A DNA stretch of 64,000 nt, taken from positions 65,722,001-65,786,000 of the forward strand of contig NC_045696.1 of NCBI RefSeq assembly GCF_009834535.1, read 5' to 3'. This document shows positions 36,776 to 51,050 of this stretch, piece by piece. This DNA comes from Camelus ferus. Lineage: Eukaryota. The position numbers and the translations under genes are program-made. The notes below the pieces were generated by a model, which did not search any database, was not told the origin of the DNA, and worked only from the letters and a program-made list of their open reading frames with translations. Every line of letters starts with the position of its first letter. Position 1 is the first letter of the stretch.

Positions 36776-39700
36776 CCATGTCCTCAAGTAAATTAAGGTC
36801 TTGCAAAGAAGAGGGCTAATTTGATATCTTAAAATTAAAGCTTCATTTATTAATCGAATTTAATTCAGTAAGCAAAATTGATTTATTTAATTTAATTTAA
36901 CTTTTTTAGTTGATTTAAAAATATTGATTCTGGGTTCAAAATATAACATTTTACGCTTAAATTCAAAAGCACTAAAAATGAGTTTAAAGATGAATAGCAG
37001 TGCAATCTTTTTGTTATCACCTCATCCGATTTAGACCATCTTAAATAGCTTTTACTATCTCAAAAGTCTTGTTTTCTTTCCTATATTTCCTATATTTCTT
37101 TCCTATATATACTCTTATTGAGGCAGAGGAAAACTTTGGTTCTCCAAAAGTTTCTTTTCAGATAAGTTTACATCTGCTGTAAGAAGAGATTTAGTTCCAA
37201 GGACACTGTAAGACAGACCAAGTAGACTGAATAATACATGGAAACAGAAATTTAAAAGGTGGCTTTATTTCTGGTATCCACTGTTCACATCTTCTGATAT
37301 GAAGGACGAGCACCCTCCCTGCTCCTCTCAGGCTCTATCAGATGCTTCCTGACCCACAAAAGCCTTACCTGTCTTGGGTTTGGCTACTGAAGCCATCCTT
37401 GATCCACTTCGGGGGAACACTTCCAGATCACTTCCTTTTGGTCCACTCTACAACTTTTTATCCTTAGTTTTTCTGGTTTCTCATCTCACCAGTTGGTTTT
37501 GTTATTGGCTCCCACTGGTCACCTTAATATTTGGTTTGACTATTTGATTTTTTAATTGCCATTGGATTTTAATCTTTGGTGCATGACTTCTGGGATCTTT
37601 CCTCTCTCTATTTTCAAGTTATCAAAGTAAAAGTTTCCCATTCTAAGCTATATTTCAGTTGTAAGAAACATGTCCTACTTGGAATCACCTTTCACTCATA
37701 TTCCATCTGACAAGGGAATAGAAATTATTTTTCCTTTACCACCATGGAGTGAGAAATGTGAAGAAAGTAAGGGGATAGTGCTTGGAAAGAGAAATATCCA
37801 TAGAACTGGTGTGAAAAACTAAATTTATTCACTAAATATTAAATTAGAATGATGGAACTTAGTTAGAATTATGGAATTTCATTTAATTCCATAATTAATG
37901 TATCTTCAAAGACAGTATTCTTATTTCCCATTTCATAGATCTTATTAAAAAAGAAACTAAATCTGATTGTTTTGCACTCCAAATTTGGCTGAATTTCTGG
38001 AAGAAATGCAAAACATGAGCTATATTTGTTTCTTTACAGGTTTTGGTGCTGTCTGGGAATATACTTTTTAGATAAATTGTGAAACTGTGTTTTATTTTAT
38101 GGTTTAAATTCTGATGATTAATATATTTTGGTCATATGATAACAATTCCTTACATCTGACCAGAATTTAGATTTCATTCTGGGGACACATGTCTTTTGGA
38201 TACACATTAACTAGAATATAGCACCTCAATAATTTCCAAATAGACTAGATCCTCAAGAAGATATATCTAAATAGTACATGATAATCCTTATGTTTAATAT
38301 CCCTTATTCCCCATTTATCAAGTACTACTCAGTTCCCAAAGATCACATGAATGTTATCTCTTCTGTAAGACCTTCCTAATCTTTCCTTCCAGTTGGATTA
38401 GTTCTTTCTTTCTCTGACATTCCATAACACAAATATTTTTACTTCTCTTTGCTATTAGCTTAAATCTTTTACTACATCTCGGATTCCTCCGCTAGATTAT
38501 GTAAGATCCTCTACCGTATCAGCAGCATCAAGCCTTCTTCATTTCCATCTTAGCAGTCCAGCTTGATACCTGACATGTGTTAGGGAAAGATAAGCTTTCC
38601 CTTAACCAAGTGACAATCAGTTTTAGTTTTGCCAGGATCATACAGCTTCTTCTGAGTTTCCATCTCATGATCACTTTTTTGATTATTTGCTAAAATATTC
38701 TTAGATTTTAAGTTATTTTGTTAAAAATAAAACAGCTCTTGTTTGAAAGCTGATTGCTGGTTTATTGTCTTGGCAACTTTATTTTTATACTTGATAAAAA
38801 TCCATATTAACTGAGTGGTCTTCTCTCCCTGTTCATTTGTCGTATTTCAACTAACTATGGCCGGATTCCTATACTAGATATATTCTCCTATACACACATG
38901 TGCACACGCACACACACACATATATTTCTGTAGAGGGTGGATGCCGACACTTATTCCTTAATGCTATAGGGATGATTAAATTTAATAATATATGTAAAGC
39001 AGGTGTAAATGCTTAATATGTATTCAATAAATGGTGACAATCATCACAGTTTCATATTGAATCAAATTTTATAAAATAATGACTATCATTATCATATTTT
39101 TCGGTTGAGGACTTGAGACAAATTGAAGTGGCCAACTCCAAATCACATATCCAATAAAGTACAGAGATTGTCTTGAACCTTGGGCAAATTTTTCTCTCAT
39201 TCTCAGGTAATGTGTGCACCGGAAAGTATCAGCACACTAACATGCAGGGAAATTAATGGTTGATCTTTCCCAGCAGTATTGGCAAGTTCACATAGAGCTG
39301 GGCAGTGATGTAGATGAAGACACTCTGATGGCAGAAGGTCTGGCAGCTGAGGCAGCTTTCTATAGTTTCTAAAAAGACAACAGAGAACAGGTCTCCTATA
39401 CTGTCTATCAATGAATGTCTTCTGCCTCAGCCATGCAGACGGGAACCACTCTTTGAACCAAATGATTGTAACAAAAAGTGTGAAATGGCAAATATCCTTC
39501 CACTGTCTGAAGTCTAATAAAATGCATATGTGATACTGGGGTGAGACTGCTATGGGAAAGAAGATCCAAAAGGTAGTTTGGCTCTTTTAACAAATCATTA
39601 TTTTTCTCAACTATGTTCCAGAACTAGGCTCAAGAGGCCACTTCTGTCCCCGAGAAACTCATTCTGAGTGAAGAGGTAGACAAATAAGCATGCTATTGTA

Positions 39701-41549
39701 ATAAGTGCAATGGCTGCTGTAAATTCAGTGGGAACGTGAAGGAAGTAGCCTAACTGCCTCTGCCTGGGGGAGTGGAGGACCGTTTCATAAAGTAGGAGAT
39801 ATTTGCATTAAGATTTGAAGGATGTTTAAAAACACTAAGTGATGAGGAACACTTATGTATTTGTGGATTAAAGTGCACATTCTAGGAAAAGAAGGTATTC
39901 AATTTGGGCTAGAATATACAATAATTGGGGGCAAAATCTCTTAATATTAGACATAAAATATTTAAAAATTTTAAATAAGTAACAAGATGCTTGTCTCATA
40001 TTTAAGAGAAATTTAATGCAGCTCTCCTACCAAGTCCAGATTTTTATGCACACTCCCCTCATGCCTGTGATTAGGGCTATTCAATACACTCCATTTTGAA
40101 GTAAGGAGATTAGAGAAGTATGGGCTCTGTATAGTCAGAAAGACTTAAAACCTCAGTAACTAGACCAGACCTTTGCTTATTGGCATAGGTACACGGAAGG
40201 ATGTCCTCTCCTCACATTACCAACATGTCAGGATTTTTAACAGATGTTATTAAGAGGCCACAGTAATGCAGAGACATATGTAAGCTGAGAGCATAATCAC
40301 TATGAGGACTGAAGGCTGATGATTTGACTGTGTTGAAATTACTCCGGTGTCCCTCTAATTTGTCACATGACTTAATGTTTGACTCTGGTACATGGTTTTA
40401 AAGTCTGGATTCTTGATGATTTCTTTTGCTTCTTCTTTTCATGAAGTGGATGATGATTTGTAAACTGACTCTGCATGTTCCTAAACCACTGAGCACTCTA
40501 AAAATTAGTTTCCATGAAACAGAAGTGGTTTCAAAGGAAGTCTTGGCTCAAGTAGCTTCTGTTTGTGGACTTTGACTACCAGGGTATGTATTCAAAGAAA
40601 GATGGTGATTTCTAAATTATTCTATTTTTACTTTGATACCTTCCCTGTAACTCTACAGTTCTCTCCATGCTACTTCCCAGGATCTCCCTCCTGTTTGTCC
40701 TCAGGGTATGCTACCACTAGCAACTGTTGTTACCAACCCCCCTTCTTCCATCAACTACCAAGTCTTAGGGTGAAAGTGGAAAAACCTTGCAAATATAATT
40801 GCTGAAGGAAATACTTCCACACGTATTACTTGTGGTGATCTTAGCATTCCTTTTTACCATGTTGTTACGTGAAAAGCAGGTGAGAATCAAGAAAATAATC
40901 TTGATTATTTAGCATAAACTAAGCCAAAAAATTAACCTTAACATAAAGACACAACAGTTGATTTACCTCTTGTTCTTTTGAGTTGATTTAATTCTTTTTA
41001 TTTCTGTGTAAACTTGAACAAAAAACATGAACAGAATGCTTAAGCCTGTATATAAACTATCCACATAAACCTATTCTATTCCCCAAATCAATATTATTTC
41101 CCATAAGTGCAGTTTTCATGTCTAAATTTCCTTTTATTTTTGACTCAAGTAAGTCACGTAGGTGTATTATGAGGTCTACTATTTTAGCACTGGTTAAATA
41201 TTATAGTCTTTATATATTTGTTCAATATTAATTTAGAGGAGATGCTGACTACTGTGTCAGGGAAGGGATCTGGGCCAAAGAAGAGAGGACAGCTGATGCT
41301 ATATCCAGTCTAACACCCCAAAATAGACTATTTTAAAAAAGAAGAGACTGAGACACCTTTATTTGTCAAGGTCAAGTGCTGTCCATTATCAGTTGTCATA
41401 GGGGCTTGATAGTATGATGATTTCAATAAGAGAAAGTAATGTTGTCTCATACTCCATATTCTGATTATGTGTATGTATATACATATGTATTTTTATTTAT
41501 ATATACATATATAGTTATGTATTCCGATATATAATTCTAATGTATAACA

Positions 41550-43590
41550 CATATATGAAAAAGATTGTAGAGAAAACATATTTGCACAGTTCAATTAACT
41601 AGTCACGGAGAGAACATCTATGTAATTGTCACCCAGTTGAAGAAATGGAATATTGCCAGCACCCATTCTCCCTCCATTCACTGTTTCTTCCCTCTGAATA
41701 AACATAATGATAATACTAACTGCTAATATTACTCTTAGGTTTTGCTTTATTATCCTTTCATTCTTGAATTACATATAAATGGAAAATACAACATATATTA
41801 TCCTTTACTGAGTTCTTTAGACAAACATTTGGTTAATAATGTTCAAATACGTTGTTGCCTTTTACTATAGTTTATTTTCATACTATTCCAGTGTATAAAT
41901 GTGCTCTTAGTTAAATATCCATCCTTCTGCTATTGGTTTTTTTCCCAATTCTTGACCATTATGAATACGGCTCCTATGAAGAATTTTGTATGTGTCTTTT
42001 GATGCCTCTATGTATGATTTTTAAAAATATGATATTGAGCAGAATTCCTCCATCATACAGGCAAGACGTATTATTTCAACTTTAGTAGAAAATGCCAAGA
42101 TCCTATGCTCTAAATTACTTTGTTTAGTCATTTCCTATGGGTATTCCAAGTGTTTTTGAAAGAATGTGTATTCTGCAAGTGTTGGGTGAGGTGTTCTACA
42201 TATTTCAACTGAGTCAAGCTTGCTAATCCTCTCAAATTTTCTCTACATTTACTGATTTCCTTTTTTCTGTTTGTTCTATCAGCTAGTGAATAATTTGCAT
42301 TAAAATATCCCCCATCAAGTATTTGTCTATTTCTTTTCATAAATCTGTTATTTTTTTGTCTCACATATTTTGAGACAAAGATACTGTGTACAAATACACA
42401 TTTTATGTCTTTATTTTATATAACCCTAGTGGGTACTCTTTTACCATTTGATGTGTCTGGCTTTATTTCTAATACCAATGTTTTGTACTAAAGTTTGCTT
42501 TGTCTGACACTGATAGAATTTAAAAGCTTTCTTTTGGTTAATGTTTATATTCTATGTATTTTTCCAAATTTTCAACTTCAACCCAGCAGTACTCATATAT
42601 TTTAGAAAATGTTTCTTGTAGGGAGTATATTATTATTTTTGAGACCTATATCTTTCCTTTAATTAAGGAAATTAGAGCACTTAGTCCACTTATAAGTAAT
42701 ATAACTATTGATATGGTTGTATTAAAATCTGTCATCTTCCTATTTAATTTTCATTTCTCTCTCTTCTCTCTTGTCTTATTTTTACCTTCTGCTAATTTTG
42801 GGTAGATTATATATTTATATGGCTGCATTTTTTTCTCTGCTAGGTGAAAGTTATTTTTTATTATTCTTTTTCTGAATATTTTAGGAATGTAATATTCTTT
42901 ACTTAGTCAAAATTGATTGGCACTTTACCTTTAAAAAAATCCAAGAGACTTAAAACATTTTAACTCTTTTAAGCACTACATCTTATCTATGTGCAATTGT
43001 TATATATTTTAATTCCCTCTCCCCTCTTTCTACATTTATTTCAGGCATTATTAATATTTGATATAGTAATTATTATTTAATATAGTATATATTTATTTAG
43101 ATTCACCCTGATATATACCACTTTTATTCTTCTTTATTCCTTTCTGTACCTCTCATCTTCCATCTGAGATTATTTCCCTTCTGCTTGAAAAATACTTCTT
43201 TATAATTCACTTTGTTTGTTGGGAAAGATTCTCAGAATCTTACTTATATGAAGGTAATTTTATTTCCCATTAATTTTCGAAGATGCTTGTTTTATTTTTT
43301 TTTTCTGGGTATAGCAACCTAGATTTGTATTTATTTTATTTTAGCACTGTAAAAATAGTGCTTCACTATATTTATCTCATTTTATTTTATTACTTCTGTT
43401 GATGATTCAGCTCTCAGTCCACATATTGCTCCTTTGAAAAAAATTTTTTTAGCTTCTTTTACATAGTAGTTTTGTTTCACGTTTTCAAGAGTATGAGTAA
43501 AATGTAGTTGGTTAAGAATTGCTTGGATCTCATATACCTTCATAACTTTTGTTTTATCATTGGATAATTCTCATCTATTATGTCTTCATA
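41550..43590 (-). mobile_element. Ancient L1ME-like fragment(s)
   Basis: ORF 42128..42364(-) GGYFNANYSLADRTNRKKEISKCRENL resembles the L1 endonuclease segment (GDFNTPLS..DRTSRQKISKDIEDL). L1ME-like 3' UTR near 41580-41800. Confidence 0.75.
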
Positions 43591-45047
43591 TATGGCTGCT
43601 AATTTCTGCTTGAGAGTTTGCTTTCCAGGGAAACCAATCTATGGCAATTGGTTATGAGGCTGAGGTTCTGTTTTGAAAACTGGGTAATAGATAGGTTATT
43701 TAATGAGATAGGGAATCACAGAAAAAAAGGCTTATCTTAAGAAGTAAGAAGTTTTAGGTGCCAATGTGACAGTCTAGGTGGAGCTATTCAGACATCTCTT
43801 AACTCTTCAGATCTGCATTCTGGAAGATAAGCCATGGAGGTTGAGAATAAAGGAGGCAGGTAAAGGAATTAGAGAATTGACTAGAATGTTTGAAATCATG
43901 ATTGGGTGGATGGGAAAATAATTGAGTAGAATATGAAAACACAGCATAAACTCTGAACTCTACTGTGAAGAACTATACTTTGGCACATGTTTTACGTGAA
44001 TTCTTATAAAAATGAGAGGAACTCAGAAAAAATATCATGGCAAGGCTACCCCTTTTTAACATGAGACCTAAAGTTCAGTTCTTAGGTGACCATATCTTCT
44101 ATTGAGCCTGGTTGAAATGTTTCTGTAGTGCTCAAATTTAACCAGCTAAGAGGGACCAAGAAACTATTTCAATTCATTTGACAGAAATCTTCTGACACAA
44201 AGAATGCATCCCAAAATAAATGTCTCTGGATGAAAAAAAGCATTACAGTAGAGTGGAAGTTTGGTCCTGTCTTTTAAGGTCAACAGCATATTTTGGCTTT
44301 TGTGTGATTCTCAATTCAAAACATCTGTCCTTATTAATGATGTGGTAAAAAGGGTCATGTAAGATTTGGCACCAAAGGATTGGTTACCCTAAAAGCCAAC
44401 AGAGAAGATACTGTTTAGGTGCTTCTTTGGATCTGCTTTGCAGAGAAAAAAAAAAAAAAAAAAACTTTTCCGTACTGAGAATTGCCTTGTCAGACAATTT
44501 TTGTTGACTAGAAAACTATCTCAGTCACTCATAACTTATTTTTTATTGACCAGAAACCAGATCATAGACCCAATTTTTCCATTTTATTTGAAAAGATATT
44601 AGATACACAGAAGAAAGAGATTGCAAGTATGTGTCAAATAGAAGCTCAGAACCAACACATGATATTTATTAATACAGAATATATTTACTTGCCTACCATG
44701 GGAAAAAACTGCTCACTTCACCTCTTTCCCAAATTACTTGGGATGGTACTCTCGAGTAACTCCACTGTTATTAGTCCTAGGTTCTTGCTCTATTTCTCAT
44801 ACTTTCCCTCTTTTAGACCCATAGCTTTGACAATAATCTGTTTTGAAACCCTCCTCCAATTATTTAGTTTGAGTGTGCCATTTTTTTCCTGCTAAGAATC
44901 TAGACTGAACTACTTAGATAAGGGTTAATATGTTATTCCAAATTGGTCTTCAAATCTCCTTAAAATATTGGCATCAGAAGTAGGAATTAATCAACTTTAA
45001 ATGCTATTTTAAAAGTATTTGCCACCCTTTAACTAAGCTTCTAAATA

Positions 45048-45300
45048 CAGCTGACCCTTGAACAACAAGGGTTTAAACTGCTCAGGTCCACTTTTACATG
45101 GATTTTTTTCAATAGTAGTTGCTGCAACACTACAGCATCATCTGCACCTATAGTTGTTTGAATAGTGGATGTGGAACAGTGGATAAGAAGGAACTGCAGA
45201 TGTGAAGGAACCACTAAGGAAGGCTGACTATAAATTACATGCGGATTTTTGACTATGCGGAGGGGCACCCCTAATCCTAGCGTTGTTAAAGGGTGAACTG
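45048..45300 (+). mobile_element. MER8/Tigger2-type MITE (TcMar-Tigger)
   Basis: Terminal inverted repeats cagctgacccttgaacaac / gttgttaaagggtgaactg; TA at the left flank (45046-45047); internal gcggatttttgactatgcggagggg. Confidence 0.9.
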
Positions 45301-45479
45301 TGTATACATTCATTATAAATGGATGATTTTTTTTTATTACTTACTGTGTGCAGGGAACTGGGAATGGAAATGAATCAACTATCAAGCCAGCTCTCAAGAT
45401 GCTGACTATAGGGTAAGAAACATGGAGCATACTAAAAAATGTAGATGACCGCTTTGGAAATTTAGCACATGTTCCATAT

Positions 45480-48400
45480 GTTGGATTACTAGTTTTATAT
45501 TTGATTTTGTTTTCAGTTTTCTTTTGATCTCCTGTACTTTTAGTCTGTGTTTGCTTTGTTTCAATGTGCTTTTGCTTTTGTATTTTTCTGGTAATTTGGG
45601 CAGCTATATTCTGATTGCTATTTTTTCTTTACTTAAAACTGTTTCCTAATTTATAAACTTTGAACATTATCTACTATTTCACCATTGTTTCTCTGCTTTC
45701 AAAGGATGAGGAATTCGTGTACATATTTCTTCCTACCTCCTATACTTGCTTCCATCATCTAAATTTTTATTGAGTGGTATTTTTACAGTGTGATGATTTA
45801 CAACTTTACATCATCTTCTATGACCATAATTTTCAAAGCTGTTTAATATTATTTATAATTAAAAGAATTCAGTGCTTACGGGATTTTCTTTCATAGCACA
45901 ACTTCATTCATTTAGAATTATTTTGGATCATTGTTTATTTTGGTGGGTTTTGATATTAATAATTTTTATGTGCTCTTTTTATAGTTAAGAGATATTTATT
46001 AGCATTACATGTTGCAGATATCTCCTCCCAGTCCTTTACCCTTCCATTAACATTGTCTATATCTGTCATGAACACAAATTGTGAATTTTAAGGTAATCAA
46101 GTTCCTCAAGTGCATATCTTATGATTTATATTCTCAGAATTTAAAAAGAAATTATCTTTATTAGCTTTATAATTTAATCTTTCATACTTAATTTTACAAA
46201 ATTCACCTGGAGTTCTTAGTGTCTTTTTTTACCAGATAGTGCACCAGTATCTGCAACTGTGTCTACTAAAGCATGCACATTTTCATTTCTTTTTTTCCTT
46301 TTTTAAAATTTTCTATTTTATTTATTTAAAAAATTTTATTGTGACATAGTTGACACATTTTCCTTTCTGATGTGAATTAATAATAACTAATCTTTATTGA
46401 GCACTTACGCTCCACCCACTAGTGGTCTAAGTGCATTACTCAACTCATCCTTATAAAAAACCCTACGAAGAAGGCATTATTTTGTTTATAATATATATAT
46501 TTGAAATATCAGCTTTATTATGGTATTATTGACATAGGAAATTGTAAAATATTGAAAAGATACACCATATGATTTGCTATATTTTTATTTTATTTTTAAT
46601 TTATTTTATTTTTTAAATAGATAAATTTTTTCTCCATAAATTTCTTGTCCAGGGTTAATTCTTTGTTGGATGAATTTCTGTCTTTTTTTCCTCTTATGAA
46701 TGGTATCTAATATATACTCTATACTAATCTAGTTAGATATTACCAATATAAATACATGTTTTTAATTAAAAGCATGCTCTTACGTTTTTAAAGTTCATTT
46801 TGTGTTTAGAAGCTCACCTAAACTCTCTAATTCTAAAGTAATTTTCACTCTACTGACTTTTCAATGTAGTTAATTCTATCATCTATAGATAATAACAGTT
46901 TTGTCTCTTCCCTTCTTATCATTTTATCCTCTAATTTTTTTTTTGTGCCAACCATTAGCCTGTGCTTCCTGAGCTTTTCATCTTGTTTCTGAGTTTAAAG
47001 ATAATATAGACACCTAAAGTTTTACGTGGAATCATGAGCTTTCCTATGAGTTTTTGATCTAATTAAGAAAGTTTCAGATATTCCTAGCTTTAGATTCTTT
47101 ATCTAAACATAAATATTTGTTAATACTTTTCAAATGCTTTTTCTGTGTCTATTGAACAGTCCTTTGATTTTCTCCTTTACTTCACTAATATGATAGATAA
47201 TCTGAAGCTCTGAGTTAAATCTACTGAATTACATATATTATTTTAAAGTACTTTTGAGTCTGCCTATCAGACATTTTAGCTTGGATTTTCAGTTATTTTC
47301 ATTGGTGAACTAGAGCTATGACTTTTGTGCTGTCCTCACTCCACTCTCAGGCGTGGGTTCCTTATAAAGTGGATTGCACAGCATCCCCCCTCCCCCCCTT
47401 TTTTCATAACAATGAGCTTAAAGCAAGTTTGCGAGAATTGGTCATACAACTGTTTTGATTTGGAGACTTTTTTTTTCAGAATGAGGAGGAGTTGTTCTTT
47501 GATTGCTCTTTCAATTTTTAAGAATGATTATGGGACACTGTCAATGTTCCTTTTTTTCGTGTGTCCAGTTTTCCATTTGATAGCTTTCTATCCTGTCCAT
47601 GTAGGTTTTCAAATCTTGCAAATTTCCATTGAATCCTATTTATCATATTATTGATGACATTCTTTTACTACCTTATATAAAATGATAAAATTATAAGAAA
47701 TGTTTTACCTTTATGTTTGCATTATTATCCAAATATTTATGTAATTTTCATGTATATGATTTGATTTAGATGCATTCTGTTTATTAATTGATAAAAATCT
47801 TTTATAATCTGTAAACCTTTGTTATATTATATTGCATTTATTATCCTTTTTTAATGCTCTATTTTATTTTATCATTTGGGATTTATAAATTTTCTCATCC
47901 ACTACTCTGATATCCACAGTTTTAGTATGATAGACGGAGCCAGGGTGGTTTGTTATTTTGCCATATTGTCCTTCACTGAGCAGCATATCTCTTAATATAT
48001 ATATTTTCCATTCCATTTATGTATTTTTCTCTTCTTTGGAAATACTATTTATGTCTAGATTGGGTCTCTTTTGCTTGCTTTCCATAGCTGCTGTCTTTCA
48101 GCATTTTTGTCTCTATTTTTTCCACTTGGTTTTTCATGTTTACTCCATCCTCTACCTCATTGCTTCTCTTTTAATGCTCTCTATTTTATACCTTGCAAAC
48201 CTTAATGTATTTTCAAATTTTAATATTTTTCCTTGTTATTTTCAGTGTTTTTCCTGATCTTTTCTAGTTTACCTTTCATTTCTTCTGTCTTATCATCACT
48301 TTTTTCTATTTCTTGTACTTATTCTTTGAAGTTTCTTAGCAAATAATTCACATTCTCTTTTTTTATATAATTAAGAAATTTTACTTAAGAAAATTCCATT

Positions 48401-49250
48401 TTCTAGGTATGTTGTTTATTTTCACATTGTTTACTTGTTTTATTGCTTTCTTTATCTTTTGCTTAAGAGTAAAAGTATCCTGTTGCAGGTTGTGTATTTC
48501 CTTCTCATCATCTCTGAATGTTCACCATCTGCAACACCATACAGACTCCTCATTTGCTCAGTGGTATAGTGAAGGGTGTAAGTGGGCTCTGTAAGCCGTG
48601 GCAGCTAGTGCTCATTTTTAGAATATGTTTCATATAATTTGTGGTGTTCTCTGCTGCGGTTTGTTTAATCTGAGTCCTCTGGAGGTGTGCAGATTACACG
48701 AATGAGGGTCGTTATTTCTCACAGTGAAGCCTCATAGATCAGAATTCCCTTGCTTTACTTAATGATTACTTGTATCTTCTCAGCCATTTTAGAGCAGAGC
48801 AACAAAGTTGATTTTAGCTGGTGACCACATGTTTGTGCTGTCCCTTTCACAGGTTCCCCTTCCCTAACACTCCTTGGAGTGGAAATAATGACTAAGGACC
48901 CGTAAGGAGTTACTTCTCTTCTCCATGGCTCACTAATACCTGTTTTTCTTTTAAATTATTCCTCTCTGTCTCACTGATATCTCTGTTTTCTTTTTTTAAT
49001 TATTCCAACAAAAGAATCCTGATTATGTAATTTAGGAGCTTCTCACAAACTTTTAGTAAAATATGTACACAGCTTACTTCGAAAAGTGAGTATCTGTTCT
49101 TGTGTTCTCCTATGATTTACTTCAAATATTGAAACATTTGCCAACTATTCTTATTATGAGGTTTGGCATAAGTCACTGCCTAGTTTTATTAAAGAAGAGA
49201 TATATACACTTTTTGTTGTTATAATTGTTGAATTCCTCTGTTTATATTTC
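45480..49250 (-). mobile_element. Mosaic of very old L1/HAL1-like fragments
   Basis: Long T-rich tract with L1-like motifs (catgttgcagatatctcctcccagtc; aaatgcttttttctgtgtctattga); boundaries and families uncertain. Confidence 0.5.
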
Positions 49251-49559
49251 TTATAACATAGTCCAAATCTCAAAAAGCAGTGCTAATATATTTGCATAAC
49301 TGATTGAAGGTAAAATAGGTAATCATGATAATATCTTTTGTCTGAAATGAATGGATTCAGAATTTGTGTTAATTAAATCGAATCTATGTTTAAATTTGCT
49401 TTTGAAATATCTGCCCCATCCCCACTCCTGTTCAAAAAAAAAAAAAAAAAAAAAAAGAGTGTGGAGGTTGATCAGTATTCTTAAGAAGATTTGATAGGAC
49501 GTTTCACTTTAACTTATTCTTAAAATCTTGAATCCATTAATTATGTTTACGCTTATTAG

Positions 49560-49745
49560 CCAACAGTTATTTAGCACTTAACAATATGCTGCATACTACA
49601 TCAATGGTGGGTTACACATTGACCCATTTCATTCTAATAACTACCTCATAAGGTGCATACTATAATTATTTCCACTTTGCAGATGGTAGAATTGAGGCAT
49701 AGAAAGATGAAAGTACTCCTTAATGTCCCACATAGTTAAACGGAG
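49560..49745 (-). mobile_element. MIR SINE
   Basis: ccatttcattctaataactacctcataagg...ccactttgcagatggtagaattgaggcatagaaag. Confidence 0.8.
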
Positions 49746-50269
49746 CATCTGGTTGGTCGTGTTTGCTAATCAAAGTGGATTTTTGTGAGTTATTGTCATT
49801 TATAATTATAATTTATGAAATTTATGAATTTTATATTTTTATTTTTTGTATTTTAGAGTTACAGATGAGGCTTTTTTTAAATTACAATAATCAATTTGCA
49901 GGACAATCAACTAGAATAGGTCTTAGAGGCTACTTGGTCCAGTTCCTTGATTTTGCAAATGAGGGAAATAGGCCAGAGAGCCCTGTCTGAGTCATCTATC
50001 CTCATTATGCCATTTGCTGGTCTTTGAAATAATCAGAGGTCCAGCTATTTATGAATCACTTTGAAATATGTAAGGACTGAGGAATAAAATCTATCTATCA
50101 TCACTTTTCCTTTATACACAATAATAAAGCAAAAATATAAGCTAGAATATATAAAAACTAGAAGACAATTTGGACCGAATGAGTAGTCTAAATGTGCTTT
50201 CATAAAATTATTTGCTGTCTCCTAAACATTGTTCTCCTCCAAAATTGCATTCACTGTGATTTAGGAGAA

Positions 50270-50400
50270 AGAGAAATAGCTCAGTGGTAGAGCGCATGTT
50301 TAGCATGCAAGAGTACTGGGTTCAATCCTCAGTACCTCCGTTAAAAATAAATAAGTAAATAGAAAAGGAGTCATTTAAAAAAACAAAGTAATAAATAAAG
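50270..50400 (+). mobile_element. Vic-1-like SINE
   Basis: atagctcagtggtagagcgcatgtttagcatgcaagagtactgggttcaatcctcagtacctcc followed by an A-rich tail. Confidence 0.9.
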
Positions 50401-50479
50401 TGAACAAGCGTGCCTACCTAGACCTAAGAAATAAGTTTTTGATAATTCAGGATTATAAAATATATTTTCTAATGTATAG

Positions 50480-51050
50480 CTAATGAATGCTTATTAAGTG
50501 CCAGGCATTGTCAGAACAATGAACATACAGCAGTGAAGAGTTGCTGCTCTTAATTCTCTGCCACCATGGAATTCATAGATACCAAAGTAAACAAACTGTC
50601 ATTTAGTATAAACATGTAGTGAAGGCCACGAAGGGAATGGAGTGATGAGGTTGGGGTGGCTTTTAAATAAGTTAGTGAGGGAGGACCTCTCTAAGGAGAT
50701 ATCATATGTGGAGACCTGAAGGAAAAGGTGAATTGAACCATGTAATAATCTGAGAGAAGAGCTTTTCACGGAGAGCATGAGCTGGGTGTATCTGAGGAAG
50801 AGCGATGATTCTAGTGGTGGAGGGTAAGGTGACCAAGGAGGAAACGGAAGGAGATGCTGCCTTACAGGTAGGCAGGAGCTAGCCCATGTAGGGCCTTGCA
50901 GAACCCGTAAAGAGTGGGAGTTATTCTAGATGTGTCTGTAGCCACTAGAGGATTTAAATCTAGAAATGAGGTGATTTGATTTATGTTTTAGAAAGACAAT
51001 TCTATTACTGGTTGAAAAAGAGGCTACAAAGGCAAGAAAGGAAATCAAAA
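50480..51050 (-). mobile_element. L2 fragment
   Basis: gaatgcttattaagtgccaggcattg...gggaggacctctctaaggag...catgtagggccttgcag...agccactagaggatttaa...gatttatgttttagaaaga. Confidence 0.8.

Noticed and set aside
47958..48594. Hydrophobic F/L/I-rich ORFs resembling membrane peptides
   Set aside because: A compositional artefact of T-rich antisense L1-like sequence.
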